Part shown: positions 8,902 through 18,160 of the stretch, piece by piece
Numbering within the stretch: position 1 is the stretch's first letter
How the letters are laid out: each line of letters begins with the position of its first letter
Source: Candidatus Saccharimonadota bacterium
Lineage (GTDB): Bacteria > Patescibacteriota > Saccharimonadia > Saccharimonadales > OFTM59
Length of the DNA: 64,000 bases
Direction of reading: 5' to 3'
Assembly: GCA_029260855.1 (NCBI GenBank)
Contig: JAJDCK010000011.1
Coordinates: forward strand, 11,978 to 75,977
The notes under the pieces: generated by a model
Database searches by the model: none
The model's input: only the letters and a program-made list of their open reading frames with translations
What the model was told of the DNA's origin: nothing
Translations under genes and position numbers: made by a program

Positions 8902-9204
8902 TTGATTTGCGATCTGGCTGAGCAGCTGGATCAAGAAACTTTGGTGATGTCTGGTGGTTTTGATAGGCTGAATAATTTTCGCATATTAATTGGGTTGGGT
9001 GAGCCGGTATTACCAGTACTTTTAGGGGGCGTAGAGAAATCTGGTTGGTGGTGTGTGCGAGCTGTATGCCAAATTGCCGACGAACTTGGCAAGCCCACTG
9101 AATTTCCGAAAGAAGCACCAGGTATTTACGGTGTAGCCAGGGGTGCGATTGCTGAATGGGGCAAACAACATGGCTATCTCGCAGATGAATCGTCGCCAAA
9201 ATAA
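8902..9204 (+). CDS. Hypothetical protein (TTG start)
   Basis: This is the only one of three overlapping ORFs with a globular-looking composition. No recognisable motif was found. Confidence 0.35.
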   Translation: MICDLAEQLDQETLVMSGGFDRLNNFRILIGLGEPVLPVLLGGVEKSGWWCVRAVCQIADELGKPTEFPKEAPGIYGVARGAIAEWGKQHGYLADESSPK

Positions 9205-9205
9205 A

Positions 9206-9646
9206 TCAGAGCTTAACCGGTTCTTCTGGAAATTCATTCGCAAGCGCCAGGTTAATAGCACCTTGTAGCTGGGGAGTGCGAAACGGCAGCCGTGAAAATG
9301 CTTTGGCTTCAACCCAAAGCGGCGTGTGAATGTTTATATCAATCTTGTTCAGAAATGCTTCTTCAGAAGCGTCTTGTATAGCTATAGAGTCATGCGGCGC
9401 CACTTTGCATAGAAAAATATATTGGTCGTTATAGGGCGCTTCATGCTGCTCGGTAAATACAAGCTGCGCTGCCGTTATGTCTAGCCCTGTCTCTTCTTTA
9501 ATTTCCCTTGCCAGCCCTTTCTCAATTGTTTCATCGTCCTTAACTCGCCCGCCAACCAAAGTGTAATATTGACTGCCCCGTTTGTTGCGGTGCATCACCA
9601 ACATCTTGCCGTTTTCAATAATAATCGCCCTTGCTGCTTTTGCCAT
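9206..9646 (-). CDS. NUDIX hydrolase
   Basis: The Nudix box is GGRVKDDETIEKGLAREIKEETGL. Confidence 0.85.
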   Translation of the reverse strand: MAKAARAIIIENGKMLVMHRNKRGSQYYTLVGGRVKDDETIEKGLAREIKEETGLDITAAQLVFTEQHEAPYNDQYIFLCKVAPHDSIAIQDASEEAFLNKIDINIHTPLWVEAKAFSRLPFRTPQLQGAINLALANEFPEEPVKL

Positions 9647-9751
9647 TGACCTTAGTATAACAAGCGACTTTATATTTTGTTGACTAATAAAAATATTGTG
9701 CGCTCGCCTCTTACGCTTGTGTAATAACGACTTATTGCGGAGGATGTTCCC

Positions 9752-11017
9752 ATGGATAGATTATTGGTTGTTGGCGGCGGCGGACGCGAGCACGCACTCG
9801 GTTGGCAGCTACGAAATGACGTGCCAAAGCTGTATTTCGCACCCGGAAATGCTGGAACCGAAACTATAGGCGAAAACGTAAATATTAGTCAAGTAGATAT
9901 ACCGCGACTTGTTGATTTTGCCTACCAAAATAAGGTTGATATGGTCGTAGTCGGACCTGATGATGCTCTGGCAGTAGGATTGGTAGATACACTGCAGGAA
10001 AGAGGAATCCCTGCCTTTGGTCCAACCAAAAAGGCGGCAAGCATAGAGTCATCAAAAAATTATTCAAGAGCTTTGATGCTAGAGGCCAAAGTGCCGACAG
10101 CAGAATATAAAAGTTTTACTACATACGAAGAGACCCTTAAGTACCTGGCCGCTATTGCACTTCCCTGCGTTGTAAAGGCTGATGATCTTTCGCTTGGCAA
10201 GGGCGTATTTGTATGCGACAGGCTTACGGCTGCAGAATCGGCTGTATATAACCTTCTTGTTAAGAAAAATCTGGGGCAAGCAGAAGCAGGGAAAAAGATA
10301 CTTATCGAGTCGTTTGTTGACGGTCCAGAGCTATCCCTTCATGCTTTATGTGACGGCCAAAATTACGTCATGCTACCTCCGGTACGCGACTACAAAACAC
10401 TTAACGGCAAAATAATGACCGGTAGTATGGGTGCTTTTGGACCTGTACCAGGCATTAGCGACAGTGAGACTACAAGCTATGGCGAGAAGTTTGTTGCCCC
10501 ACTATTGAAGGCGTCGTCAGATAAGGATGCACCGTTTCATGGCCTTCTTTTCCCTGTACTAAAGGGATTTAGCGAATGTGAAAAAATGCTAGAAGTTAAT
10601 GCGTGCTGGGGTGACCCAGAAACCCAAGTTCATATGCGACGCCTAAAAAACAGTCTACTAAATAGCTTAGTGGCCTGTATAGACGGCGATATTCGTAAAG
10701 CTCCACCTGAGTGGAGTGATCAGTACGTAGTCTGTGGCGTTATTGCTGCAGAGGGCTACCCAGGCATTCCTGTAAAGGATGACGTAATTGAGGGCTTGGA
10801 TGACGTGGATGACTTAGATGGTGTTGTAGTCTTTCACGCCGGCACAAAACGGAAAGGAAAAGACATAGTCACTAACGGCGGGAAGGTTCTAAGTGTTACT
10901 GTGGCTGCAGACACACTTGAGGAAGCGCACATTAAGCTATACGGGGCAATAGATCGGATACGATTCAGGGGCATGCAACTAAGACGAGATATCGGAAAAG
11001 TGGCCGTCCAATACTAA
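9752..11017 (+). CDS. purD: Phosphoribosylamine-glycine ligase-like ATP-grasp enzyme (divergent PurD)
   Basis: LLVVGGGGREHALGWQL, VKADDLSLGKGV, EVNACWGDPETQ and GGKVLSVT are collinear with PurD. Several conserved blocks are altered. Confidence 0.75.
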   Translation: MDRLLVVGGGGREHALGWQLRNDVPKLYFAPGNAGTETIGENVNISQVDIPRLVDFAYQNKVDMVVVGPDDALAVGLVDTLQERGIPAFGPTKKAASIESSKNYSRALMLEAKVPTAEYKSFTTYEETLKYLAAIALPCVVKADDLSLGKGVFVCDRLTAAESAVYNLLVKKNLGQAEAGKKILIESFVDGPELSLHALCDGQNYVMLPPVRDYKTLNGKIMTGSMGAFGPVPGISDSETTSYGEKFVAPLLKASSDKDAPFHGLLFPVLKGFSECEKMLEVNACWGDPETQVHMRRLKNSLLNSLVACIDGDIRKAPPEWSDQYVVCGVIAAEGYPGIPVKDDVIEGLDDVDDLDGVVVFHAGTKRKGKDIVTNGGKVLSVTVAADTLEEAHIKLYGAIDRIRFRGMQLRRDIGKVAVQY

Positions 11018-11031
11018 AAACGACTAAAAAT

Positions 11032-11619
11032 TTAGTGGTCTGTTTTTTCTTGTGACTTCTTTTTAGATTTAGTCGTGGGCGCTGGCAATGCTTTTGGGGT
11101 AGTACCGTCTAATACGACTTTTAGAACCTCAATCAAGCTTCTTGCATGCTCTTTGCTCATGCCAACACGAGAGATTATCAACGGCTGCCCTGCAGGTCCT
11201 GCTTCTTGCATAAAGTTAATAACAACACCGTATTGATTAGCTGTTGTATGGACTAGATCGGTGTACGAAATACGCGCCTCACTAGGCAGTGCTAGTACAT
11301 TAGATTTACTGGCATCGTGTTGCTGATGTAGAGGCTTTTCGTACTCAGCTAACTCCCAAAGTTTTGTTGCTTCAACCTGCTTAGCTCCAAAGTGACTGAT
11401 CAGTAGCAGCAGTATATCTTCACTGGGTCGTTTAGCTCCCTGCTCAAAACTGCTTAGCGCATCAATCTCTATTTCTACTGCACCGGAAACTTCTGCCAAT
11501 GTTTCTCGCAGTTTTTCTCTCATCACACGCAAGCTTTTGCCAAGAGATCTAAAGGGGTATTGTTGCGTATTTTCATCACTCATGAATTCCATGGTACCCC
11601 GCCTGATGCGGGCATGCAA
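11032..11619 (-). CDS. XRE-family HTH protein with DUF3467-like C-terminal domain
   Basis: The HTH is LGKSLRVMREKLRETLAEVSGAVEIEIDALSSFEQG. The C-terminal pattern ANQYGVVINF...IISRVGMSKEHARSLIEVL resembles DUF3467. The true start may be an internal Met. Confidence 0.6.
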   Translation of the reverse strand: MHARIRRGTMEFMSDENTQQYPFRSLGKSLRVMREKLRETLAEVSGAVEIEIDALSSFEQGAKRPSEDILLLLISHFGAKQVEATKLWELAEYEKPLHQQHDASKSNVLALPSEARISYTDLVHTTANQYGVVINFMQEAGPAGQPLIISRVGMSKEHARSLIEVLKVVLDGTTPKALPAPTTKSKKKSQEKTDH

Positions 11620-11633
11620 GCAGAACCTAAACT

Positions 11634-12683
11634 TTGCTCTATACTATTCTTAGCATGCATATATTAGAAAACGTACCCCTTAGCAGTTATTCTGCCATGA
11701 GGCTCGGTGGCAATGCGCGATACTTGTCGGAGATAAACGACCGGTTTGAGATTGCACCCATAATTAATTGGGCAGCCCAAAATATAGTCCCGGTAATCAT
11801 GGTTGGCGACGGGACTAATATAGTGTGGCGCGACGAAGGCTTCCCGGGCTTAGTGCTGATAAACAAGATTAAACGCTTTGAAACATTTAATGTGGATGAC
11901 GATAACATGTATCTCACAGTTGGTGGTGGCGAAAACTGGGATTCTGTCGTTGAACGCGCTGTTAGCATGGGGTACAGCGGGCTAGAAGAGCTTTCTCTGA
12001 TTCCTGGCACGGCTGGTGCAACACCCGTCCAAAACGTCGGCGCGTACGGCAGAGAGGTAAAAGACATTATGACGACGCTAGAAGCCTACGACATAATGCA
12101 GGGCAAGCTTGTCACTATGCCAGCCAGTGACTGCGCTTTCGGGTATCGGACCAGCCGATTTAAAACTATAGACCGAGGACATTTTTTGATTACCTCAGTG
12201 ACATTTCACTTGGTTCGCAGCAATCCCAAGCCACCTTTTTATGATTCACTCAGATTATATTTTGCCGATAAAAGCATAACCACTTTTACCCCACAGGTGG
12301 TACGTGATGCGGTCATCGCTATTCGCTCTGCAAAACTGCCTGACCCCAAGGTTGTAGCCAACAACGGCTCGTTCTTTTTTAATCCATTTATCTCGTCGGA
12401 AAAGTTATCGCAACTATTAGAGGAATTCCCTACACTTTCATATTCGGTAACATCAGATGACAGAATAAAAGTTTCAGCAGCTTGGCTAGTAGAGCAAGCA
12501 GGGTTCAAAGGTGCACATGACGCAGAAACGGGAATGGCTACATGGGCCAAGCAACCACTAATTCTAGTAAACGAAAAGGCACAAAAAACGGCCGACCTTT
12601 TAAAGTTCAAGCAAAAAATCGTTGATGCGGTCAAGGATAAATTTGGGATAACCCTACAGCAAGAACCCGAGCTGCTGCCATAA
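11634..12683 (+). CDS. murB: UDP-N-acetylenolpyruvoylglucosamine reductase
   Basis: MRLGGNARYL, VMVGDGTNIV, GAYGREV and AAWLVEQAGFKG are MurB motifs. The start is either TTG at 11634 or ATG at 11655. Confidence 0.85.
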   Translation: MLYTILSMHILENVPLSSYSAMRLGGNARYLSEINDRFEIAPIINWAAQNIVPVIMVGDGTNIVWRDEGFPGLVLINKIKRFETFNVDDDNMYLTVGGGENWDSVVERAVSMGYSGLEELSLIPGTAGATPVQNVGAYGREVKDIMTTLEAYDIMQGKLVTMPASDCAFGYRTSRFKTIDRGHFLITSVTFHLVRSNPKPPFYDSLRLYFADKSITTFTPQVVRDAVIAIRSAKLPDPKVVANNGSFFFNPFISSEKLSQLLEEFPTLSYSVTSDDRIKVSAAWLVEQAGFKGAHDAETGMATWAKQPLILVNEKAQKTADLLKFKQKIVDAVKDKFGITLQQEPELLP

Positions 12684-12725
12684 AAAATATATAAAGTTAA
12701 GACAGTGACATCACTTTTTATAATT

Positions 12726-12757
12726 ACAGTTCGTTATTGACGAACTGTTAATTTTTT
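12726..12757 (+). terminator. Rho-independent terminator after murB
   Basis: ACAGTTCG-ttattga-CGAACTGT hairpin, followed by TAATTTTTT. Confidence 0.7.
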
Positions 12758-12773
12758 ATTATAACTTGTATAA

Positions 12774-13397
12774 ATGACCAACTATGAAAAATTGGGGAGT
12801 TTTCCTCTGGAACCACCCGGGCTGGTACCTGCCGAACTTGAGACCATCATAAATGTGGTAGACCAGCTTGCCGTTGCACAAGAGAATTTCTCTGGCAAAA
12901 TACATCGCTATGCCAAAATGCCATGCAGCATAACCCAGACACATCTAGAAAAATCGGCAACCCGGTTAATGAAAACACTTCAAAACTCTTTAACAGTTGT
13001 CGCGGAGTCAGCCGATGAATCTAGCAATAAAGCTGAATTAATATCAGGTATAGTCATTCAGGATTATAGGTTCCGCAAAAACTGCGCAAACAACTTATTT
13101 GGGCTAGAAATACCAGAGGAAGCGGAAGAAGAGAGAGATGAGTTTGTAGAAATGGTTACTGAACTTGCAGAAGACTATGCGGGTCGCCCTAAAGATTTAG
13201 TGACTCATTTGATGGAAGACATCAGCGAAGATTTCGATGATGATTTGAATGAGATAGTCTATAGAGCCGAAAGTACGCGTAAAGGCCGTATGGTATTAGT
13301 CGGCAAAATTATTGGCAGACATACCCTTCGCTTGACTGAGGCGGCCGGGGGAGCTGTGGTAGGCACGTGGTTTTACCACCACTACCTAAGTGGGTAG
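12774..13397 (+). CDS. Hypothetical acidic protein with C-terminal hydrophobic segment
   Basis: Intact 207-codon ORF with no recognisable family. Confidence 0.5.
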   Translation: MTNYEKLGSFPLEPPGLVPAELETIINVVDQLAVAQENFSGKIHRYAKMPCSITQTHLEKSATRLMKTLQNSLTVVAESADESSNKAELISGIVIQDYRFRKNCANNLFGLEIPEEAEEERDEFVEMVTELAEDYAGRPKDLVTHLMEDISEDFDDDLNEIVYRAESTRKGRMVLVGKIIGRHTLRLTEAAGGAVVGTWFYHHYLSG

Positions 13398-14657
13398 TGG
13401 GAAGGCTTGACAGAACTCTTTAACTTCGTTGTTTAACGTGTTAAGTTTCTTATCGTCACCTCTAGCTTGAATGGCCTGCAGCATCCAGTCGGCAATCAAG
13501 CCCATGTGTTCTTCCTTTAAGCCCCGGGTAGTCATTGCAGGTGTCCCTAGCCGGATTCCGCTCGGGCGGAATGGCGGCAACGGGTCGTCTGGAATGGCAT
13601 TTTTATTGAGAGTCAGTCCGATTTTATCTAACGTTTCTTCTACGATTTTACCGTCAATCCCAAAACTGGTATGAACATCTGCCAGTATAAGATGATTGTC
13701 GGTGCCGTTTGTAATTAGTTTGAAGCCCCTTTTCATTAATTCATCGGCAAGCTTTTTGGCATTTTTAACTATTTGCTTTGCATATTCTCGAAATTCTGGT
13801 TGCTGAGCTTCTCCGAATGCGACTGCTTTTGCGGCAATCATGTTCATAAGCGGGCCGCCCTGGAAGCCTGGAAAAACTGTCCGATCAATCAGCGTGGGCA
13901 GATTTTCAATGGTCTTTTCAGGCGCCTTCAACGGATTACCCACTTTGCCCTTGCTCAGAATCATGCCGCCGCGTGGTCCGCGCAGCGTCTTGTGCGTCGT
14001 CGTCAGGATAACGTGAAAGCCGTGATCGAACGGATTAGCTAACACACCACCAGCAATCAGACCGGCGATATGCGCCATATCGGCCATCATAACCGCGTTT
14101 ACCTCTTTACCGATAGCTGCCATTTTGGCATAATCAAGTTCACGTGGATAAGCCGAAAATCCGGCTAGAATAATCTTCGGTTTTTCTTTTAATGCGACTT
14201 CACGAAGTTGCTCATAGTCAATTTCGCCAGTTTCAACATCTTTCATACCGTAGCGTACAAAACGCCAAATCTTAGCGGCCAACGTGACAGGGTGGCCGTG
14301 CGTAAGATGGCCACCATGGCTCAGATCCATACCTAGGATAGTGTCACCCGGGTCAGCCCAAGCGGCGTAACTGGCGATATTAGCTGGCGCACCAGCATGT
14401 GGCTGGACGTTAGCATGGTCAGATCCAAATAGCTTCTTAGCGCGGTCAATAGCTAGTTGCTCTACCTGGTCTGTGTTTTCCTGCCCACCGTAGTATCGCT
14501 TACCCGGAAAACCTTCTGAATATTTATTAGTGAATACACTTCCCATTGCCGCTAGCACATCTTGGCTGACATAATTCTCAGAAGGAATTAACTCAAGCCC
14601 CTCGCGCTGTCGCTTTTCTTCGGCTTTTATTAAGCCTTCAATCAGTTTGTCTTTCAT
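13386..14657 (-). CDS. glyA: Serine hydroxymethyltransferase
   Basis: LELIPSENYVS and TTTHKTLRGPRGG (PLP Lys). I place the start at ATG 14657, with a GGGAGG RBS 7 nt upstream. The track ORF extends to TTG at 14672. Confidence 0.95.
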   Translation of the reverse strand: MKDKLIEGLIKAEEKRQREGLELIPSENYVSQDVLAAMGSVFTNKYSEGFPGKRYYGGQENTDQVEQLAIDRAKKLFGSDHANVQPHAGAPANIASYAAWADPGDTILGMDLSHGGHLTHGHPVTLAAKIWRFVRYGMKDVETGEIDYEQLREVALKEKPKIILAGFSAYPRELDYAKMAAIGKEVNAVMMADMAHIAGLIAGGVLANPFDHGFHVILTTTHKTLRGPRGGMILSKGKVGNPLKAPEKTIENLPTLIDRTVFPGFQGGPLMNMIAAKAVAFGEAQQPEFREYAKQIVKNAKKLADELMKRGFKLITNGTDNHLILADVHTSFGIDGKIVEETLDKIGLTLNKNAIPDDPLPPFRPSGIRLGTPAMTTRGLKEEHMGLIADWMLQAIQARGDDKKLNTLNNEVKEFCQAFPLPT

Positions 14658-14671
14658 TCTAGGGCCTCCCA

Positions 14672-14712
14672 AAATACTTATTTCCTACAATTCCCTTTAG
14701 AAATAAGTATTT
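14672..14712. promoter_or_regulatory. 13-bp perfect inverted repeat (AAATACTTATTTC-N15-GAAATAAGTATTT) in the glyA / HTH-murA divergent intergenic region
   Basis: Read directly from the sequence. It sits immediately upstream of the glyA RBS and ~85 nt upstream of the HTH-murA start. Confidence 0.5.
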
Positions 14713-14795
14713 GTTATATCATCTCCACATTTTAACAGCTATAGAGAGTTAAAAGAATCTTGTTTTTTATATCTCAAAGAGTATAATTTCTGCTT

Positions 14796-16313
14796 GTGCT
14801 AACCACAAACGAAAAAATTGGCCAGCTTATTTATCAGATACGACAAGACAGACGGCTTACCCAGGCTGAGTTTGCCCGTAAACTTGGCACGAGCCAGTCA
14901 GCTGTAAACCGTATCGAACATGGTAAACAAAACTTAAGCCTGGAAACACTCGGCCGCATCAGTGATGTGTTGAATAAGCCGCTTATTAGCATTGCCGGCC
15001 AATCTACCAACTTTAGGGTTGAAGGCGGCCATGAGCTTAAAGGCACAGTTGAGACAAAAACCGCCAAGAACAGTGCCGTTGCGCTGTTATGTGCAAGCTT
15101 GCTGAATAAGGGTAAAACCAAACTACTCAAAGTCCCTAGGATTGAAGAAGTAAATCGCATTATCGAAGTACTCATAAGTATGGGCGTAAAAGTCACTTGG
15201 TACGGTGGCAATAATCTTGAGATTAAGCCACCTACTAAATTGTCTATGGACAACCTTGACGCAAATTCCGCGCGCAGGACAAGAAGCGTAATTATGTTAG
15301 CTGGACCATTAATGCACGAATTCAAAGAATTTAAGATTCCTTATGCTGGCGGCTGCAAGCTCGGTAAGCGTTCTGTTCAAGCGCACTTGTATGGACTAGA
15401 AGAGTTTGGCGTAACGACAGATGTACGAGTAGGCCACTACCACATGTCTGTAAAGCAAAAAACTCCTGAAAAAGTTGTAATGTATGAAATGGGCGAAACG
15501 CCTATTGAGAATATGTTAATGGTCGCCGCACGTCAGACAAATACCGTTTCTATTCATCAATCCTCATCTAATTACAATGTGCAAGATTTGTGTCATTTCT
15601 TACTAAAACTTGGCGTCAAAATAACAGGTATCGGGAGCTCGCGGCTAAATATTACGGGCTTAGCAGATATAAATAAAACGGTTACATATACCGTCGGCGA
15701 GGATCCAGTAGATAGCATGTTTTTTATTGCCGCTGCTGTCGTAACAAACTCAGAGCTCACTATCACCCGCTGCCCGATTGAGTTCTTAGAGTTGGAGCTA
15801 CTGAAGCTAGAGAAAATGGGCTTGAAATTCGCTGTTAGCAAAGAATACTTAAGCGATAACAACCACACTAAGTTAGCCGATATAATAATCCATAAACACG
15901 ACACTTTAGTGGCGCCCAACGATAAAATTCATCCACTACCTTTCCCTGGCCTTTTGCCTGATAACCTGCCGTTCTTTGTTGTGATCGCGGCGGTATGTAA
16001 GGGTCGTACACTCATACATGACTGGATGTATGAAAACCGAGCGATTTACTTTACTGAGCTAAGCCGGCTGGGTGCTAATGTTGAGCTTATTGATGCCCAC
16101 CGGGTATATGTAAGCGGGCCAGCAAACTTTACCAGCGCAGACGTAACTTGCCCACCAGCCCTAAGACCAGCTGCCATATTATTAATCGGAATGCTCCAAG
16201 CAACTGGCACATCCGTACTTAGAAATGTCTACTCTATCAATCGCGGCTACGAAGACATTGCCGAACGGCTTAATAAGCTCGGGGCGCAGATCAACGTCGT
16301 TCACGAAATTTAG
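14796..16313 (+). CDS. murA: UDP-N-acetylglucosamine 1-carboxyvinyltransferase with an N-terminal XRE-type HTH domain
   Basis: Residues 1-65 form an HTH (RLTQAEFARKLGTSQSAVNRIEHGKQN). The rest is MurA/EPSP-synthase fold, including GGCKLGKRSV with the catalytic Cys. GTG start, with TATAAT at 14782-14787. Confidence 0.85.
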   Translation: MLTTNEKIGQLIYQIRQDRRLTQAEFARKLGTSQSAVNRIEHGKQNLSLETLGRISDVLNKPLISIAGQSTNFRVEGGHELKGTVETKTAKNSAVALLCASLLNKGKTKLLKVPRIEEVNRIIEVLISMGVKVTWYGGNNLEIKPPTKLSMDNLDANSARRTRSVIMLAGPLMHEFKEFKIPYAGGCKLGKRSVQAHLYGLEEFGVTTDVRVGHYHMSVKQKTPEKVVMYEMGETPIENMLMVAARQTNTVSIHQSSSNYNVQDLCHFLLKLGVKITGIGSSRLNITGLADINKTVTYTVGEDPVDSMFFIAAAVVTNSELTITRCPIEFLELELLKLEKMGLKFAVSKEYLSDNNHTKLADIIIHKHDTLVAPNDKIHPLPFPGLLPDNLPFFVVIAAVCKGRTLIHDWMYENRAIYFTELSRLGANVELIDAHRVYVSGPANFTSADVTCPPALRPAAILLIGMLQATGTSVLRNVYSINRGYEDIAERLNKLGAQINVVHEI

Positions 16314-16380
16314 ATAATTCAACGGCGGTTCGGTAACGTACATCAATAATACTTTTATTGATGCTATAATTACCCCTGTC

Positions 16381-16455
16381 GCGGGATTCGTATAGCGGTT
16401 AATATAAAAGTTTTCCAAACTTTGGACACCGGTTCGACTCCGGTATCCCGCACCA
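16381..16455 (+). tRNA. tRNA-Gly(TCC), CCA encoded
   Basis: GCGGGAT...AAAGT-TTTCCAA-ACTTT...ATCCCGCACCA, with T-arm CCGGTTCGACTCCGG. Confidence 0.9.
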
Positions 16456-16507
16456 CACAGCAGTTCACGTTCAGTGATCTAGTCTGCAAGTTTTGTTAAG
16501 GCCACAA

Positions 16508-16583
16508 GCCCCAGTAGCTCAGCGGATAGAGCAAGACGGTTCTAACGTCAAGGTCGGGGGTTCGATTCCCTCCTGGGGTACCA
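16508..16583 (+). tRNA. tRNA-Arg(TCT), CCA encoded
   Basis: GCCCCAGTAGCTCAGCGGATAGAGCAAGACGGTTCTAACGTCAAGGTCGGGGGTTCGATTCCCTCCTGGGGTACCA has anticodon loop GT-TCT-AA. Confidence 0.85.
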
Positions 16584-16678
16584 AATTATAATTCTCACAC
16601 CTTTTGAAATAATTTTGGCACTTTGGCACTTGGTGTGGTTGTGCAAACAGGGGTGGTGTGGTAGTATTTTGTGGTTAT

Positions 16679-16754
16679 GGTGCCCGTAGCTCAGTGGTTA
16701 GAGCGCTGGTTTGTGGATCCGGATACGGGAGTTCGATTCTCCTCGGGCACCCCA
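16679..16754 (+). tRNA. tRNA-His(GTG) with encoded G-1 and CCA
   Basis: G-GTGCCCG...TT-GTG-GA...CGGGCAC-C-CCA. The extra 5' G opposite C73 is the tRNA-His hallmark. Confidence 0.9.
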
Positions 16755-16769
16755 GTTTATTTTAGGTTT

Positions 16770-17309
16770 TTAGCTTATGATCATGCGCTCAAGTACATTT
16801 CCTACGAAGTAAGCAAAAAGTGCAGCGATTATACCAAGCGTCACAGTTTCGGATACGCCACGTGTAACTGATGTCTCGGCAACGCGACTCTTAAGCACAC
16901 CAATACCAATGAACGCAATCGCTGTAAGCAAACAAGCAAGACCGAATAAATTATCAAGCCTCAGATTGAACATCATGTCAATTACATATGCCAACAAAGG
17001 CACAAGGCCCACTAGTATAAAAGCAACATAGGTCATCAAGCCGTTCATAACCGATGAGGGGGAGAGTTCTGTAGATTGTCCGTGTTTTTCTAACAGCTGT
17101 TGCTCGGATTTGGTAGATAAATATGAGCCCACGCCCATAGAGAAACCATCAGCAATAAGATTTGCAAAGCCAAGTACAAGAAGAATTTTGGCATCAAATC
17201 CGGCACCAGTCGCACCAGCTACGACTGCAAATGTAGTAACCGCGCCGTCTATGCCACCATAAACAAACTCGCTTAAATAGTCTTCAATATGGCGTGTTTT
17301 TTTGGGCAT
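16770..17309 (-). CDS. VIT1/CCC1-family iron/manganese transporter
   Basis: YLSEFVYGGIDGAVTTFAVVAGATGAG and multiple TM helices. Confidence 0.8.
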   Translation of the reverse strand: MPKKTRHIEDYLSEFVYGGIDGAVTTFAVVAGATGAGFDAKILLVLGFANLIADGFSMGVGSYLSTKSEQQLLEKHGQSTELSPSSVMNGLMTYVAFILVGLVPLLAYVIDMMFNLRLDNLFGLACLLTAIAFIGIGVLKSRVAETSVTRGVSETVTLGIIAALFAYFVGNVLERMIIS

Positions 17310-17319
17310 AATTATCAGT

Positions 17320-17982
17320 TTAGTATAACAGCATACCTAGTTCAGCGATCTGGTTCAGAATTAGTGTCACGAATAAGGGAACAAAAATATTGTCCGTGCC
17401 TCTAACCGATAAATTTTCTACGCTGGTTGCAATCAACGGCACCAATACTATCAGCTGCCAGTAGAAATCTTTGAAAAGAGCCGGACCGAAAAGGACCAAG
17501 CAGCCCATTATCAACACTGAAAGGCCTAAAAACGTGAGACTTCCGGCGACTGATTTTGCCTCGCCCCATATCTTGTAGCGATTCTTTTTCCCGAACCTGT
17601 CACCCACCACAGCTGCCATGCCGTCGGCAAGCCCAAGATGCAACATCGCCACAGCAAAAATCCAATCAGAAGCAGCAACACCAGCAATAATCGCCACCGT
17701 GACCGGGAACAATACGTCACCGATGGTACGACGCCGTACACCGTGAATACCCTGAAAAATATTAAACACACGAGATAACAGTACGACCGCAATCATCCCA
17801 ACGCTAAGAATTTGTATCATGCTAAATGACATCAACCACGGCCAGTAAGCAATAAAGGTTCCGGCTAAGACATGAATAAGCTTACGAGCTCTCTCGCCCC
17901 TAAGTCGCTTTGTGCGCCACAAGTACTCAGACACTACGAGCAATAAAAAAACCGGGCCTATGCCCAAAAATACGTCAGCCAT
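17320..17982 (-). CDS. Polytopic membrane protein of the CdsA / dolichol(polyprenol)-kinase superfamily
   Basis: RKLIHVLAG... and GDRFGKKNRYKIWGEAKSVAGSLTF resemble the CTP-transferase/kinase signature. Confidence 0.5.
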   Translation of the reverse strand: MADVFLGIGPVFLLLVVSEYLWRTKRLRGERARKLIHVLAGTFIAYWPWLMSFSMIQILSVGMIAVVLLSRVFNIFQGIHGVRRRTIGDVLFPVTVAIIAGVAASDWIFAVAMLHLGLADGMAAVVGDRFGKKNRYKIWGEAKSVAGSLTFLGLSVLIMGCLVLFGPALFKDFYWQLIVLVPLIATSVENLSVRGTDNIFVPLFVTLILNQIAELGMLLY

Positions 17983-18025
17983 GGACTATATTGTAGCCTA
18001 TCCGTACATATAAGCACGAGAAAAA

Positions 18026-18102
18026 TGGTCGGGGTGAAAGGATTCGAACCTTCGACCTCGCGGTCCCAAACCGCGCGCGCTAGCCAACTGCGCCACACCC
18101 CG
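18026..18102 (-). tRNA. tRNA-Pro(TGG), CCA encoded
   Basis: The reverse complement CGGGGTGTGGCGCAGTTGGCTAGCGCGCGCGGTTTGGGACCGCGAGGTCGAAGGTTCGAATCCTTTCACCCCGACCA has anticodon stem CGCGG/CCGCG and loop TT-TGG-GA. Confidence 0.92.
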
Positions 18103-18160
18103 TAACCTAAGTCAACTTACGAGAGGGATTATAGCGGATAACAGATAGGATTACTAGAAG

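Noticed and set aside
8852-9312. Minus-strand ORFs 8852-9199 and 9022-9312, which compete with the plus-strand 8902-9204 ORF.
   Set aside because: Their translations are His/Gln/Arg/Cys-rich and non-globular, and 9022-9312 also overlaps the NUDIX gene. Only the plus-strand frame was retained, at low confidence.
16671-16871. A 66-aa ORF on the plus strand.
   Set aside because: Its first half is the tRNA-His gene and its second half is antisense to the VIT1 transporter.
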